Assembly (NCBI GenBank): GCA_963662315.1
Contig: OY759353.1
Coordinates: forward strand, 4,128,001-4,192,000
Source: Geopsychrobacteraceae bacterium
Lineage (GTDB): Bacteria > Desulfobacterota > Desulfuromonadia > Desulfuromonadales > Geopsychrobacteraceae
Direction of reading: 5' to 3'
DNA: 64,000 nucleotides
Shown: positions 1 through 10,415 of the stretch, piece by piece
Layout: each line of letters begins with the position of its first letter
Position numbering within the stretch: position 1 is the first letter of the stretch
Program-made: the position numbers and the translations under genes
The notes under the pieces: generated by a model
What the model was told of the DNA's origin: nothing
The model's database searches: none
What the model saw: the letters and a program-made list of their open reading frames with translations, nothing else

Positions 1-213
1 CAGTGAAGGTGTATATGCCGGCTTTTTCAAGCTGTACATCGGCGTCCGGATTCCATCGTCGGGCTTCGCTTGCGAAGCGTTTAATTCCAAATTAAGAAAT
101 GCCTGCTTTAACTGGGCTTGTGCACCTCTGAAGAACGAGATCAGGTCCGTTTCGACCTCGGCTTTAAGGCTCTTCAGGTATTCTTCCGCTTCCGGTAAGC
201 CGCTTTGTCCGGT

Positions 214-1464
214 TCAGAAATCTATATGTTGTAGATTCTGCAACAGCTGATCTTCATTCCTAACCTGTTCAGCACCCTTTTCAAGGAGGGCTTCGATCTG
301 CTTCCAGGCTTCTCCGCCGGTAAAGTCCTGGTCTTTGGCCGGGTCGATGAGCATGACTTTTTTACCGCGTGCCAATGCTTCGGCGGCCAGTTCCAGGCAG
401 CGTGTATTGCCATGCCCCCACCAGATCGTGGCAATGATGACGATGTCTGCTTCATCAAGAGCCTGGCGGGTTTCCTTTAGTGCTCGGTCGGAAAAAGGCT
501 GAAAGGGGACTTCATGAATCACCCGGGTACCCAGTGCGACGGCAACCTCTTCATCTGAGTCACCCTGATTAAGCGGACCGGTCGATATGGTGGCCGAGGC
601 GTATTGCAGCTTGCGCAACAGGCTTTTGCCGCTGCCTCCTCCGCAGAACAGGTGGACCTTCAACCCGTCAAGTTGCACTGCAGAAGTGTTGATCTGGGGA
701 ACTATCTGTGGTGTTCCGGTCAGGGGATTCTCCGCCACAGAGACACTGACCTTGAACACCTTTTGCAGGTTTTGCGGGGTCATGATGCGTTGCGGTGTGT
801 CAAAACCGGCGACTTGACCGAGTCTGGTCAGCAGTAGAATCCGGTCGGAAATGGCACTGGCCAGGTCAAGGTCGTGGCTGATCTGGACGATAGTCGTACC
901 CTGTTCGCGGTTCAGCCTGACCAGCAGTTCACTCAATTCCAGACGGTGATCAATATCCAGGTGACTGGTGGCTTCATCAAGGAAAAGGACGTCGGCCTGC
1001 TGGGCCAGGGCGCGCGCGAACAGTACCCGTTGCAGTTCCCCGCCGCTGAGCTGGGTCACGGGGCGTTCGGCCAGATCAAGGATATCAGCCACAACCAGCG
1101 CATGGCGAATGGCCTCGCGGTCGGTTTTCGAACTCCCCTCCAGTAGGGAACGGCGATGGGGGTAGCGCCCCATTGCCACCATTTCACTTACGCTGTAAGG
1201 AAAATCAATCTGGGTTGATTGCGGGACGACTGCGACCTTGGTCGCCATTTCGCGCGGCGGAATTGTGGAGACCTGTTTGCCGTGCCACAGGACGCGCCCG
1301 GTTTCAGGGGCCAGATTGCCACGTAATAAGCGCAGCAGGGTCGATTTGCCGCAGCCATTGGGGCCAAGGATCGAAATGATTTCACCCTTATTGAACTGTA
1401 AATTCAAATCATAAAACAGGCACTTCTGGGCATAGCAGAAATGCAACTGCTCGACCTTGATCAT
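214..1464 (-). CDS. btuD: Cobalamin/Fe-siderophore ABC transporter ATP-binding protein with C-terminal extension
   Basis: Walker A GPNGCGKS, LSGGELQR signature, LDEATSHLD; last gene of a cobalamin-riboswitch operon. Confidence 0.85.
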   Translation of the reverse strand: MIKVEQLHFCYAQKCLFYDLNLQFNKGEIISILGPNGCGKSTLLRLLRGNLAPETGRVLWHGKQVSTIPPREMATKVAVVPQSTQIDFPYSVSEMVAMGRYPHRRSLLEGSSKTDREAIRHALVVADILDLAERPVTQLSGGELQRVLFARALAQQADVLFLDEATSHLDIDHRLELSELLVRLNREQGTTIVQISHDLDLASAISDRILLLTRLGQVAGFDTPQRIMTPQNLQKVFKVSVSVAENPLTGTPQIVPQINTSAVQLDGLKVHLFCGGGSGKSLLRKLQYASATISTGPLNQGDSDEEVAVALGTRVIHEVPFQPFSDRALKETRQALDEADIVIIATIWWGHGNTRCLELAAEALARGKKVMLIDPAKDQDFTGGEAWKQIEALLEKGAEQVRNEDQLLQNLQHIDF

Positions 1465-2459
1465 ATCCCCCCCTTACGGCGCAGCAAATAGAGGAAGAAG
1501 GGGGCGCCGAGCAGAGCTGTGACGACACCGACCGGGATTTCCGCCGGAGCATAAAAGCTGCGTGCCAGGGCATCGGCCAGGATCAGGAAGCTGCCACCGA
1601 ACAGGGCCGCAAGGGGGAGCAGGGTCCGATGCGCCGGCCCCCACAGTAAGCGGCAGATATGTGGTATCACCAGACCGACAAACCCGACCAGCCCGGCCAG
1701 GGCGACAGCGCAGGCGGTTAAGGCGCCAGCAAGAATAAACAGGATCAGGCGCGTGCGGCCGACGTTCAGCCCCAGATCCAGTGCCGTCTCCTCCCCTTGG
1801 GTGAGCAGGTCGAGAGGGATGGCCTGGCACCAGAGCAGGACAAAGCAGATGGCTACCCACAGCCAGCCCCAGGAGATCCAGCGTGGATCCGCAAGGGACA
1901 GATTGCCGGCCAACCAGAATATGGCCTGACGGGTTGCTTCGGTCGGGGCGCGCCAGATCAGAAACAGCAGCAGTGCGGCAGCCAGACTGCCAACCATCAC
2001 GCCGGATAAAATAAGGGTGTGGGACGAACAGGTGTGGGCGCGGGCGACCAGGTAAACCATGGCCAGGGCGACCAGGGCACCGATGAAGGCGGCGCAGGAA
2101 ACCAGCAGGGCAGAGTGAGCACCAAGGGTGAGTGCCGCAACCGCACCAAGGGCGGCTCCGCCGGAAACACCCAGCAGGTAAGGATCGGCAAGGGGATTGC
2201 GCAAAACGGCCTGAAAGGTGACACCGGACAGGCTTAACGCCGCGCCAACCATGGCGGCCAGAAAGATACGCGGCAGACGAATCTTCCAGATAACCGTGTC
2301 ACTGACACTGCTGCCAATCCCGTGACTCAGGGTGGCAAAAATATCGGTCAGCGGCAGGTTCATACTCCCGGCCTGCAGAGAATAGAGAACGGCTACCAGC
2401 GGAAAGAGAATCAGCAGAATGCGCCACAGCCATTTTTTATGGTTTTTTGCCAAGTGCAT
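1461..2459 (-). CDS. btuC: FecCD/BtuC-family ABC permease
   Basis: IRLPR, RNPLADPYLLGVSGGA and EIPVGVVTALLGAPFF motifs; start placed at MHLAKN (start uncertain). Confidence 0.85.
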   Translation of the reverse strand: MHLAKNHKKWLWRILLILFPLVAVLYSLQAGSMNLPLTDIFATLSHGIGSSVSDTVIWKIRLPRIFLAAMVGAALSLSGVTFQAVLRNPLADPYLLGVSGGAALGAVAALTLGAHSALLVSCAAFIGALVALAMVYLVARAHTCSSHTLILSGVMVGSLAAALLLFLIWRAPTEATRQAIFWLAGNLSLADPRWISWGWLWVAICFVLLWCQAIPLDLLTQGEETALDLGLNVGRTRLILFILAGALTACAVALAGLVGFVGLVIPHICRLLWGPAHRTLLPLAALFGGSFLILADALARSFYAPAEIPVGVVTALLGAPFFLYLLRRKGGI

Positions 2460-3330
2460 CAGTTGCCAGGTCCGGATGAAGGGTTTTTGCCAGGGCTTCA
2501 ATACCGAGGATCATACGTGGTCCGGGGCGGTAAAGCCAGTCGGCATTGATTTCTATGATCTGATTTCTGGCGACCGCGGTCAGCTGCGGCCATGGTGCAA
2601 AAAAGCTGGTCGTGCTCGGTTGACCGGGATGAGGAGAGAGAAGGATAAAATCAGGGTTGGCCTCCAGCAATGCTTCAAAATTCCAGGTTGGGTAGCGGGA
2701 CGGCCCATCGTCCACAACATTGCGGCCCCCGGCTATCTTGATAATACTGTTGACGAAGGTATTGGGGCCGGCCACCATCAGGGGTTGCAGCACAATTGCC
2801 GCCAGTACCGTGACCGGTTCCTGCTTGCTGGTCACCTGCTTCACCCGGGCAATCCGGGATTCAATATCGTTGCAGAGCTGTTCGGCCTGTTGCTCATGGC
2901 GACTCAGTTGCCCCAGAGTCGATATCGTGGTCAACGTCTCCTCGACCGACAGAGCGTTCATGACATAGACGGCGATGCCGAGCTTTTCCAGCTGGTGGAT
3001 CAGGTTGGGACTGTTCATCGATGCGGTGGCAATAACAAGGTCGGGCTGATAGCTGAGAATGTTTTCCAGGCCCGGGTCAGCATAGCTGCCAACGCTGGGG
3101 AGTGATTTTGCCTGTTCCGGGTAAGAGGAATAGTCGGTGACGGCAACCAGCAGGTTACCGGCGTCAATGGCAAACAGAATCTCTGTGACACTGGGGGCCA
3201 GGGAAATGATCCGCTGCGGATGGTCCGGAACCTCGACCTGGCGGTGAAGTTCATCGGTAAAGGTTGCTGCACTCAGTGGCATGGCACTGGTGAGGAGTAG
3301 CAGGAGTATAGGCAGCAGGGATTTTAACAT
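2437..3330 (-). CDS. btuF: Cobalamin-binding periplasmic protein
   Basis: Signal peptide, RIISLAPSVTEIL and RPGPR motifs; operon context. Confidence 0.85.
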   Translation of the reverse strand: MLKSLLPILLLLLTSAMPLSAATFTDELHRQVEVPDHPQRIISLAPSVTEILFAIDAGNLLVAVTDYSSYPEQAKSLPSVGSYADPGLENILSYQPDLVIATASMNSPNLIHQLEKLGIAVYVMNALSVEETLTTISTLGQLSRHEQQAEQLCNDIESRIARVKQVTSKQEPVTVLAAIVLQPLMVAGPNTFVNSIIKIAGGRNVVDDGPSRYPTWNFEALLEANPDFILLSPHPGQPSTTSFFAPWPQLTAVARNQIIEINADWLYRPGPRMILGIEALAKTLHPDLATDALGKKP

Positions 3331-3380
3331 TTCATTTGTCCATAGCCCGGGCCAATGGCCCGGGCAGATATGGGTGAGGG

Positions 3381-5204
3381 TCAGAAGCTGGCTTTCAGGC
3401 CAAGGTAGGCGGAAGCTCCAGCAGTACCATAACCGGCAACTTCTTCATATTGCTTGTCAAATAGATTGTCAACCCGACCATAGATCTTCAGATTTTCAAT
3501 AATCTGCCAGGATGCAGCCAGATTGACAAGCGTGTAGCCACCCAGGGTCTCATCAGAGTAAGAGCCATCATAACGTTCCCCAACGTAAAGAATACCAACA
3601 TTTACCTGAACGTTGTCAATGGGGTACATATTTACGTCCAGCGATCCTTTGTGCAGGGGAATCCGTGCTTTGCGCGCGCCACTTCCGTCTGCCGTATCCG
3701 TATAGGTGTAGGCGAGCTTCACGTCAACATAGTCACATGGATACCAATCTGCAGAGGTTTCAACCCCTTCGGTTGTCAGTTCTTCAATATTGTAGTACTG
3801 CGATGCCGCAAAGCTGTAGTCAATATAATCGTCAATCTTATTATGGAACCAGGTGATGCCAAGGATCAGGCTGCGGTCCAGAAACTCCTGTTCAATGCCA
3901 ACGTCAACGCTGGTGCTGGTTTCAGGGTCAAGCTCTGTATTTCCATAGTAGGAATAGAGTTGGTAGAGAGACGGAGCTTTGAATCCAGTGGCCAGAGAAG
4001 CTTTTAATTTAGTTCCTGACGTCTTGAAATTATAGGTCGGAGCGACTCTCCAGGTTGTCTCCGTTCCAAATTCTTCGTGGTTATCCATGCGGATACCAAG
4101 AGCGATGGCAAAATCATCAATGATAAGCTGATTCTGAACGAATGCGGCTCGGTTCCGAACCTCACCTGCATCGCCATAGCTGGTATCGTATTCTTCTTTT
4201 TCTGTTTCAAGACCGACAACCAATGTATTGTTCTGATTCAGCTTAATGGTGTTTTGCAGATCAATTTTGGTGACTTTACCGTTGTACTCATAATTGTCAT
4301 AGGTTCCGCTGGTGGTATGATTTGAATCCGTGACAGACGCTCCAATAATGACTTTCCAGCGGCCATCCAGTAACGAGAAAACACCTTCGCTCCGACCTGC
4401 GACCTCGAAAGAATCTGTCACTGCGTCAGTATCAGCCATCATCCATGAACTGTCGTATGAGTCAAATTCCGTTTCAGCATCCGCGATCCTTAAGTTCATG
4501 TTTAGGGTGAAGATCTTGCTTAAGTCAACACCAAGGTTCAAACCGATATTGGTGCTCTTATAACCATCCTTTTCAGAGAAGCCATCCTTTTCATTGTAAG
4601 AGGAAAAGCCGTCTGTGTTGATATGAGAGTAGGAAAAAGACGCACGGGTCGTATCGCTGCCCCCGGAAATGCCGGCTGTTGTTTCAGTCGTTTGATAGGC
4701 GCCCTTTTCAATGGAGGCATAACCGTGCGGTTCACTGGAACCCTTCTTGGTAATGATGTTGATGACACCACCAATAGCGTCTGAGCCGTAGATGACGCTT
4801 TGAGCGCCACGGACAATTTCAATGCGTTCAATATTATCGGTGCTGATGTTGGCCAGGTTTGCGCCACCGCCGGTGCTTGATGCATCTCGGAATTCAATAC
4901 CATCCAAAAGAATCAGGGTATGCTTGGTATCTGTGCCACGCTGATAAATGCTCACCGAGCTTCCCATGCCACCGTTCTGGGCAATGCTGATTCCTGGCGC
5001 ACTCCGTAACACATCGATAACTTTGCTCTGTTGTTTCTTTTCTATCTCTTCTGCGGTAATGATTGTGACCGAGCTGCCGATTTGACTCAGCGGAGTTTCG
5101 GTTCGGGTCGCCGTAACCACCACCGGATCCATAACGATGGGTTCGGCTTGAACGCTACTTGTCAGCGCCAGAACCGCAGACAGGGCCATGATGAATTTTT
5201 GCAT
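3381..5204 (-). CDS. btuB: TonB-dependent receptor, BtuB-like
   Basis: Start MQKFIM follows an AGGAGG RBS; VVVTATR, IERIEIVRG plug motif, C-terminal Phe; downstream of cobalamin riboswitch. Confidence 0.88.
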   Translation of the reverse strand: MQKFIMALSAVLALTSSVQAEPIVMDPVVVTATRTETPLSQIGSSVTIITAEEIEKKQQSKVIDVLRSAPGISIAQNGGMGSSVSIYQRGTDTKHTLILLDGIEFRDASSTGGGANLANISTDNIERIEIVRGAQSVIYGSDAIGGVINIITKKGSSEPHGYASIEKGAYQTTETTAGISGGSDTTRASFSYSHINTDGFSSYNEKDGFSEKDGYKSTNIGLNLGVDLSKIFTLNMNLRIADAETEFDSYDSSWMMADTDAVTDSFEVAGRSEGVFSLLDGRWKVIIGASVTDSNHTTSGTYDNYEYNGKVTKIDLQNTIKLNQNNTLVVGLETEKEEYDTSYGDAGEVRNRAAFVQNQLIIDDFAIALGIRMDNHEEFGTETTWRVAPTYNFKTSGTKLKASLATGFKAPSLYQLYSYYGNTELDPETSTSVDVGIEQEFLDRSLILGITWFHNKIDDYIDYSFAASQYYNIEELTTEGVETSADWYPCDYVDVKLAYTYTDTADGSGARKARIPLHKGSLDVNMYPIDNVQVNVGILYVGERYDGSYSDETLGGYTLVNLAASWQIIENLKIYGRVDNLFDKQYEEVAGYGTAGASAYLGLKASF

Positions 5205-5258
5205 TGGAATGATTCCTCCTGAAAGTCTGTCCCCCGGAAGCTGGCGTCTGTGGTCGAT

Positions 5259-5302
5259 GAAAAATAAAAAACCCGCTACCAATGATGACTTGGTGCGGGT
5301 TG
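5259..5302 (-). terminator. Intrinsic terminator/attenuator in the btuB leader (riboswitch expression platform)
   Basis: Minus strand AACCCGCACCA...TGGTAGCGGGTT followed by a T-run. Confidence 0.6.
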
Positions 5303-5370
5303 TCCGTTTTAAATAACCACACGATGTCCACGCTCCCATACCCGGGGAGATGAAAGATCTTAGTGTTTCA

Positions 5371-5548
5371 TGACAGGTCTTCTGGCTCACGAGGTTTCGA
5401 CAGGCCATCGAAGGATCAGACGCCTTCCCGGTTTTGAAGTTCCAGTGGCATGTTGTCTGGCTTGACTCGTTTACAGCGGCGGGTCCGCGGAGGCTTTGCA
5501 CCTCACTTCCCATCTGCTCAGCAGGAGCAGGCCAAAGAACCACTAAGG
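5371..5548 (-). ncRNA. Cobalamin (B12) riboswitch
   Basis: Minus strand has GGGAAG..GGTGCAAAGCC..CCCGCCGCTGTAA..GCCACTG..CCGGGAAGG..GAGCCAGAAGACCTG (B12 box) upstream of a TonB receptor. Confidence 0.93.
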
Positions 5549-5755
5549 TTCGGTGCGGCATCATTGAAACAGTATTAAATTGTAGTGTGCTTATAGGCAA
5601 TCGGAACGGTGATGTCAAGATAATTGAAAGGGGTGATTTTTAAGGTTTTTGTATGACTAAACAGTTCTCAAGACGGGTAAAACGTGTTACCAATATTCTC
5701 CCGATGCTTGTGTCTTATATGTCGAAAGTGAAACGACCAAAAAGGATGACCAAAG

Positions 5756-7084
5756 ATGAATTTCTCTAAAGTCGGTCTTCAGGTACCGAAAATTCTTTTA
5801 CCCAATAAACATATCGTCATACAGAACTGGGCAGTGATTGCCTGCGATCAATATACATCTGATCGCGCCTACTGGCAGCGCCTGGCCGATCAGCTGGCTG
5901 GCCAGCCATCAACCCTCAATATGATTTTTCCGGAAGTCTATCTGGAAGACAACAATGCTGAACAGCGCATCGCCGACATCAATAAGACCATGGAACAGTA
6001 TCTGGCTGATGGCAGCCTGGTCGAGCAGGACAACGCTTTTATCCTGATTGACCGGAAAACCTCGGAAGTGCCGTCACGTAAAGGGCTGATCGTAGCCCTG
6101 GACCTGGAGCAGTATGATTACAACAAAGGCGCGCAAAGCCTGATTCGTGCCACCGAAGGAACCATCCTTGACCGTCTTCCGCCCCGCATCAAGGTGCGTC
6201 AGAACGCACCCATTGAGCTGCCGCATATCATGGTGCTGATTGATGACCCTGAACGAACCGTTATTGAACCGCTGTTCCAGGAACAGCTGGAAAGCGTTTA
6301 CGATTTTGAACTGCTCGCTGGTGGTGGTCATGTGAAAGGTTACCGCGTTGATCAGCCCGCACTGATTGAACAGGTGGTTGGCGCGCTGGAAAAACTTGCA
6401 GAGCCTGCTGCCTATCATCAGCGTTATGACTGCAATGATGACGTGATGCTCTATGCCATGGGGGATGGCAATCATTCCTTTGCAACGGCGAAAGCGATCT
6501 GGGAAAAGCTCAAGGCTGAGGCTGCCGATCCGCGGGATGTTATGGAACATCCGGCTCGTTGTGCCTTGGTTGAGCTGATTAACCTGCATGATGCCGGCCT
6601 TGAGTTTGAAGCGATTCACCGGGTGCTGTTCAACGTTGATGCGATAGCTTTGCAGCAGGAAATGGCCGATTTTTTCGCGGCCCAGGGGACACCGGTAACC
6701 ATGCATCCCTGTTCCGATCTGTCCAGTGCCGAAGTTTTGGCAAAAACATTGGCCGGGCATGTTTTTGTCGCGGTGTTTGCGGGGAGTTTCTGCGTCTGCC
6801 AGATCGCCGATCCCAAGCTGACCCTGGCGGTTGCCAGCTTGCAGGAGTTTCTTGACGACTACCTGGCACAGCATGCCGCTGTAAAAGTTGACTATATTCA
6901 TGGTACGATCCCTGTCACCGAGCTGGGTAGTCGCGCGGACGGGGCCGGTTTTTACCTGCCCTCCATTGCCAAGAATGACCTGTTTCGCACCATTGTCCAT
7001 GACGGGGCTTTGCCACGCAAAACCTTCTCCATGGGCGAGGCGGATGAGAAACGCTTCTATCTGGAATGCAGAAAGATTCGCTAG
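5756..7084 (+). CDS. DUF1015 family protein
   Basis: WAVIACDQYTS, GDGNHS and LPRKTFSMG motifs. Confidence 0.8.
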   Translation: MNFSKVGLQVPKILLPNKHIVIQNWAVIACDQYTSDRAYWQRLADQLAGQPSTLNMIFPEVYLEDNNAEQRIADINKTMEQYLADGSLVEQDNAFILIDRKTSEVPSRKGLIVALDLEQYDYNKGAQSLIRATEGTILDRLPPRIKVRQNAPIELPHIMVLIDDPERTVIEPLFQEQLESVYDFELLAGGGHVKGYRVDQPALIEQVVGALEKLAEPAAYHQRYDCNDDVMLYAMGDGNHSFATAKAIWEKLKAEAADPRDVMEHPARCALVELINLHDAGLEFEAIHRVLFNVDAIALQQEMADFFAAQGTPVTMHPCSDLSSAEVLAKTLAGHVFVAVFAGSFCVCQIADPKLTLAVASLQEFLDDYLAQHAAVKVDYIHGTIPVTELGSRADGAGFYLPSIAKNDLFRTIVHDGALPRKTFSMGEADEKRFYLECRKIR

Positions 7085-7140
7085 GAAACGGCCCTTTTCC
7101 GCAATCACTGCGTCACCTTGAGAAAAATTTTCTAAATAAT

Positions 7141-7245
7141 ACCCTCTCCTTGGGGAGAGGGTGGTGCGAAGCGTCGGGTGAGGGGAAAATGCTTGCAGTC
7201 CCCCTCATCCGCCCGATGGGCACCTTCTCCCTCGGGGAGAAGGAA
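7141..7245. repeat. REP-like palindromic intergenic element
   Basis: Hairpins CCCTCTCCTTGGGGAGAGGG and CCTTCTCCCTCGGGGAGAAGG; related hairpin at ~52056-52082. Confidence 0.6.
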
Positions 7246-7276
7246 CGGAGTGAATCAGAGCCTGGAGTTACGACCT

Positions 7277-7879
7277 ATGCCCGCAATTGATGCTGTTGTT
7301 TTTGACCTTGGAAAAGTCCTGATCGACTATAGTTATGATGGCTTTTTCAAACTGCTCAATAGCCGGGGTGGCAGCTTTGCTTCGGAAGCAGACTTTGTTT
7401 CAAAAGTTGATCTGCTTGCCTATGAACATGGTCACTATTCAGATGCTGAATTTCTGCGGCGGATCAATGCCTGTTTAGCGAACCCCTTGCCAGAAGAGAC
7501 CCTGGTTGCCGCCTGGAAAGATTTGTTTACCCCGGTACAACCGATGCTTGCCCTGGCAAAAGAACTGAAGCAGCGCTGTCGCGTTTATCTGTTATCGAAT
7601 ACCAGCGCGATTCATTGGGCGTATCTGCAGGAAACATACAGTTTAGCGCAGGTGTGTCACGACCTGTTTGCCTCGTTTCAGGTCGGCCGCATGAAGCCGG
7701 CTGCGGAGATTTTTGCCATTGCCGAACAGCGCTTTGGACTGGGGCCGCAGCGAACGTTGTTTATTGATGACAGACAGGAAAATGTGGCCGGTGCCATCGC
7801 CTGTGGTTGGCAGGGATTGTGGCATCGTGACTTTTCTGAGACCCGTCAGGTTGTGCTGCAACTTGTCGGGAAATGCTAA
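7277..7879 (+). CDS. HAD-family phosphatase (YihX-like)
   Basis: FDLGKV motif I, LLSNT, KP, FIDD; start at MPAIDAV after GGAG. Confidence 0.85.
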   Translation: MPAIDAVVFDLGKVLIDYSYDGFFKLLNSRGGSFASEADFVSKVDLLAYEHGHYSDAEFLRRINACLANPLPEETLVAAWKDLFTPVQPMLALAKELKQRCRVYLLSNTSAIHWAYLQETYSLAQVCHDLFASFQVGRMKPAAEIFAIAEQRFGLGPQRTLFIDDRQENVAGAIACGWQGLWHRDFSETRQVVLQLVGKC

Positions 7880-7935
7880 TGCTGGCCGGGGCTACTCTTA
7901 TTGCCCCTATAACTGGTTTGATGGTTGGTTGATCT

Positions 7936-9561
7936 ATGAACATGAACGCCTTTTATCTGCTGGTTGATCGTTATCTACCGCGGCGCCTGCAAAGCAAGTT
8001 GAGTCTGCTGGTAACCGCTCTGCTGATTTTTCATATCAGTTTGATCGGAGCCCTGTTTTCTGATCTTTCCGAAGAACTGTTGCGGGAACAAATTTCCCAG
8101 CGAGCACTTGAAGTCGCTCATGCCGTAGCCGAAAACCCGCTGACCCGGGCCGGGATCATGGCCCGCGATACCGATTCCCTGCAGCGTTTCACCCAAGACC
8201 TGCTCAGCAAAACCGAAGCTGAATATATAGTCGTTGGCGATCGTGACGAGATCCGTCTGTCCCACCCCAATCCGGATAATATCGGCCGCCATTTTGTCGG
8301 AGGGGATCTTGGACCCGCCCTGCGTGAAGGGAAGGAGTACAGTTCCGAAGCGATCGGTACCCTGGGGCCTTCCATGCGTGGTATCGTTCCCGTTTACGAC
8401 TGGAACAATACCATTATCGGGTTTGTCGCCGTTGGCTATATGACCAACCATATCAACGAAATCATTCATCAGAAACAGCGTGAAATATTAGGCTATATTG
8501 CCGTTGTTCTGGGCTTTGGTGTCATCGGGGCCACCATTATTGCCCGCGGGCTCAAGGCCGCGATCATGGGACTCGAAATTCACGAAATAGGGGCACTATT
8601 TCTTGAACGTAACGCCATTATCGGAGCGATTCGTGAAGGAATTGTCGCCGTTGACGGCAAGGGGTGTCTGACCTATGTCAACCAGGCGGCGCGCGGCTAT
8701 ATTGGCGAGCGCTTTGAGGGGAAGTTACGTGGGCGTGCCCTGGCTGAAATCTGCCCCGGATCCGATCTGGTCCGGGCGATTCAGGCTGGCCTGCGGGTCC
8801 TTGATGCCGAGATGATCATGGCCGGAAAAGTGATGTTGGTGAACGTTGTTCCCCTTGAAAAGCCTTCAGAAGGGAGTGTCGCCAGTTTCCGCCCCAAGGA
8901 TGAGCTTGATCGGCTGACCCGGGAACTGTCACATATGCAGGAATATTCGGAATTATTACGTGCTCAGACCCATGAATATTCCAACAAAATGCATACCATT
9001 GCCGGCCTCCTTCAGCTTGGCGCGCATCAGGAAGCCCTCGACCTGGTCATCAACGAAGCCAGTGGTTACCAGGAACTGGTTCGCAACCTGGCCGATGCAG
9101 TTCCTGATCCGGTGATTGCCGGGTTGATTCTAGGCAAGTACAACCGTGCCTGCGAATTGAAAATAGACCTTGAATTTGACCCGGAAAACTCCTTTTCGGA
9201 TCTTCCGGCCGCACTTAATCGCGAAACTCTGGTCACGATTCTCGGCAACCTGCTTGATAACGCCTTTGACTCCGTTCGTGAAAAGGGTCCGTCCGGACTG
9301 GTCAGGTTGTTTCTGACCGACCTCGGCTCCGACCTGGTCATGGAGGTTGAAGATTCTGGTGGCGGAATCGCCGCCGAGATTGCCGACCGGTTGTTTGAAA
9401 ATGGAGTGACCACCAAAAAGGGGAGCGGGCGAGGGACCGGGCTGGCGTTGGTCAAACGCGCCGTTGATAGTTTGCAGGGGCAAATTACTTTTGCCGAAGG
9501 AGAGCTGGGGGGCGCTCTGTTTACCGTCATCATTCCAAAAAGAACAGGGCCATCAACATGA
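7936..9561 (+). CDS. CitA/DcuS-family sensor histidine kinase
   Basis: TM-sCache-TM-PAS layout, LRAQTHEYSNKMH H-box, GNLLDNA and GTGL. Confidence 0.9.
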   Translation: MNMNAFYLLVDRYLPRRLQSKLSLLVTALLIFHISLIGALFSDLSEELLREQISQRALEVAHAVAENPLTRAGIMARDTDSLQRFTQDLLSKTEAEYIVVGDRDEIRLSHPNPDNIGRHFVGGDLGPALREGKEYSSEAIGTLGPSMRGIVPVYDWNNTIIGFVAVGYMTNHINEIIHQKQREILGYIAVVLGFGVIGATIIARGLKAAIMGLEIHEIGALFLERNAIIGAIREGIVAVDGKGCLTYVNQAARGYIGERFEGKLRGRALAEICPGSDLVRAIQAGLRVLDAEMIMAGKVMLVNVVPLEKPSEGSVASFRPKDELDRLTRELSHMQEYSELLRAQTHEYSNKMHTIAGLLQLGAHQEALDLVINEASGYQELVRNLADAVPDPVIAGLILGKYNRACELKIDLEFDPENSFSDLPAALNRETLVTILGNLLDNAFDSVREKGPSGLVRLFLTDLGSDLVMEVEDSGGGIAAEIADRLFENGVTTKKGSGRGTGLALVKRAVDSLQGQITFAEGELGGALFTVIIPKRTGPST

Positions 9562-10253
9562 ATGAAAATATAATCCGCATCCTTGTGGTCGAAGATGATC
9601 AGCGTATTTCCGAACTCCATCAGCGCTTTGTCCAGAAAATACCCGGCTTTGAAGTTGTCGGGATCGCCAACACAATCGCCGATGCTGAAGAGATGATCGA
9701 CATTCTGCAACCGGATCTGATTCTGCTTGATCTGTTTTTTCCCGAAGGGAACGGTCTGGAACTATTACGCCAGGTGCGGGCCGGTGAGCAGCCCTGTGAC
9801 GTTATCCTGATCACCGCCGCCCGTGAAATCGCCTCGTTGCAGGAAGCCATGCGTGGTGGAGTGTTTGATTACATTATCAAGCCGGTTCATTTTCCCCGCT
9901 TTCAAGAAGCGCTGCAGAACTTTCAGACCTATTTTGCGCATCTTCAGCAGGGTATAACCCTTGAACAGAAAGATGTCGACCGCCTGCTGCGCGCTCAGCA
10001 GGGCGGCGAACCAACCACCAGCGGCGCCATCCCCAAAGGGATCGACCCCTTAACCCTGGCCAAAGTGCGCAAGGTTTTTGAGCGACCCGAGGTCAAAGAT
10101 ATCAACGCCGAAGAAGTCGGCCAGCAGGTTGGCATCAGCCGCTCCACCGCCCGCCGTTATCTGGAATTTCTCGTCACCGAAGGGTTCCTCAAAACCGATC
10201 TTATCTACGGCGTTGTCGGGCGTCCCGAACGGCGCTACTTACGGCAACTGTAA
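9558..10253 (+). CDS. CitB/DcuR-family response regulator
   Basis: REC domain plus PKGIDPLTL and SRSTARRYLE wHTH; ATGA overlap with the kinase. Confidence 0.9.
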   Translation: MNENIIRILVVEDDQRISELHQRFVQKIPGFEVVGIANTIADAEEMIDILQPDLILLDLFFPEGNGLELLRQVRAGEQPCDVILITAAREIASLQEAMRGGVFDYIIKPVHFPRFQEALQNFQTYFAHLQQGITLEQKDVDRLLRAQQGGEPTTSGAIPKGIDPLTLAKVRKVFERPEVKDINAEEVGQQVGISRSTARRYLEFLVTEGFLKTDLIYGVVGRPERRYLRQL

Positions 10254-10344
10254 CTGCTCGTCAGATAAATGTTGGAACCGTAGAGTATTATCCCCCTGTA
10301 GAGATCTGATTGCTATTTCAAAAATCACCGTGGCGCACACGCCA

Positions 10345-10415
10345 ATCTGAAATTTGAAATTTCAAATCTGAAATCACAATTGCGCCAAAACGCAATTGTG
10401 GAGGGGGAAATCATG
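10345..10415 (+). repeat. Heptamer-repeat/hairpin/RBS leader, copy 1 (copy 2 at 19196-19266)
   Basis: 63/71 identical, ungapped, to 19196-19266; both end in the ATG of the downstream gene. Confidence 0.9.

Noticed and set aside
1..213. Minus-strand frame stays open for 71 codons after the btuD TGA (possible selenocysteine readthrough)
   Set aside because: No convincing SECIS hairpin, no Sec-type motif, and truncated by the window edge; may be chance or a gene remnant
5205..5618. N-terminal extension of the TonB receptor in the ORF track
   Set aside because: Overlaps the riboswitch; the true start with RBS and signal peptide is at 5204
6074..7108. Long antisense ORFs (also 30406-31380, 36218-37060, 58632-59654)
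   Set aside because: Shadow frames of well-supported genes, with no recognisable motifs
10345..10400. Heptamers (TCTGAAAT/TTTGAAAT) as degenerate CRISPR repeat ends (ATTGAAAC)
   Set aside because: Similarity is limited to TGAAA; hairpin sequence and order do not match the repeat
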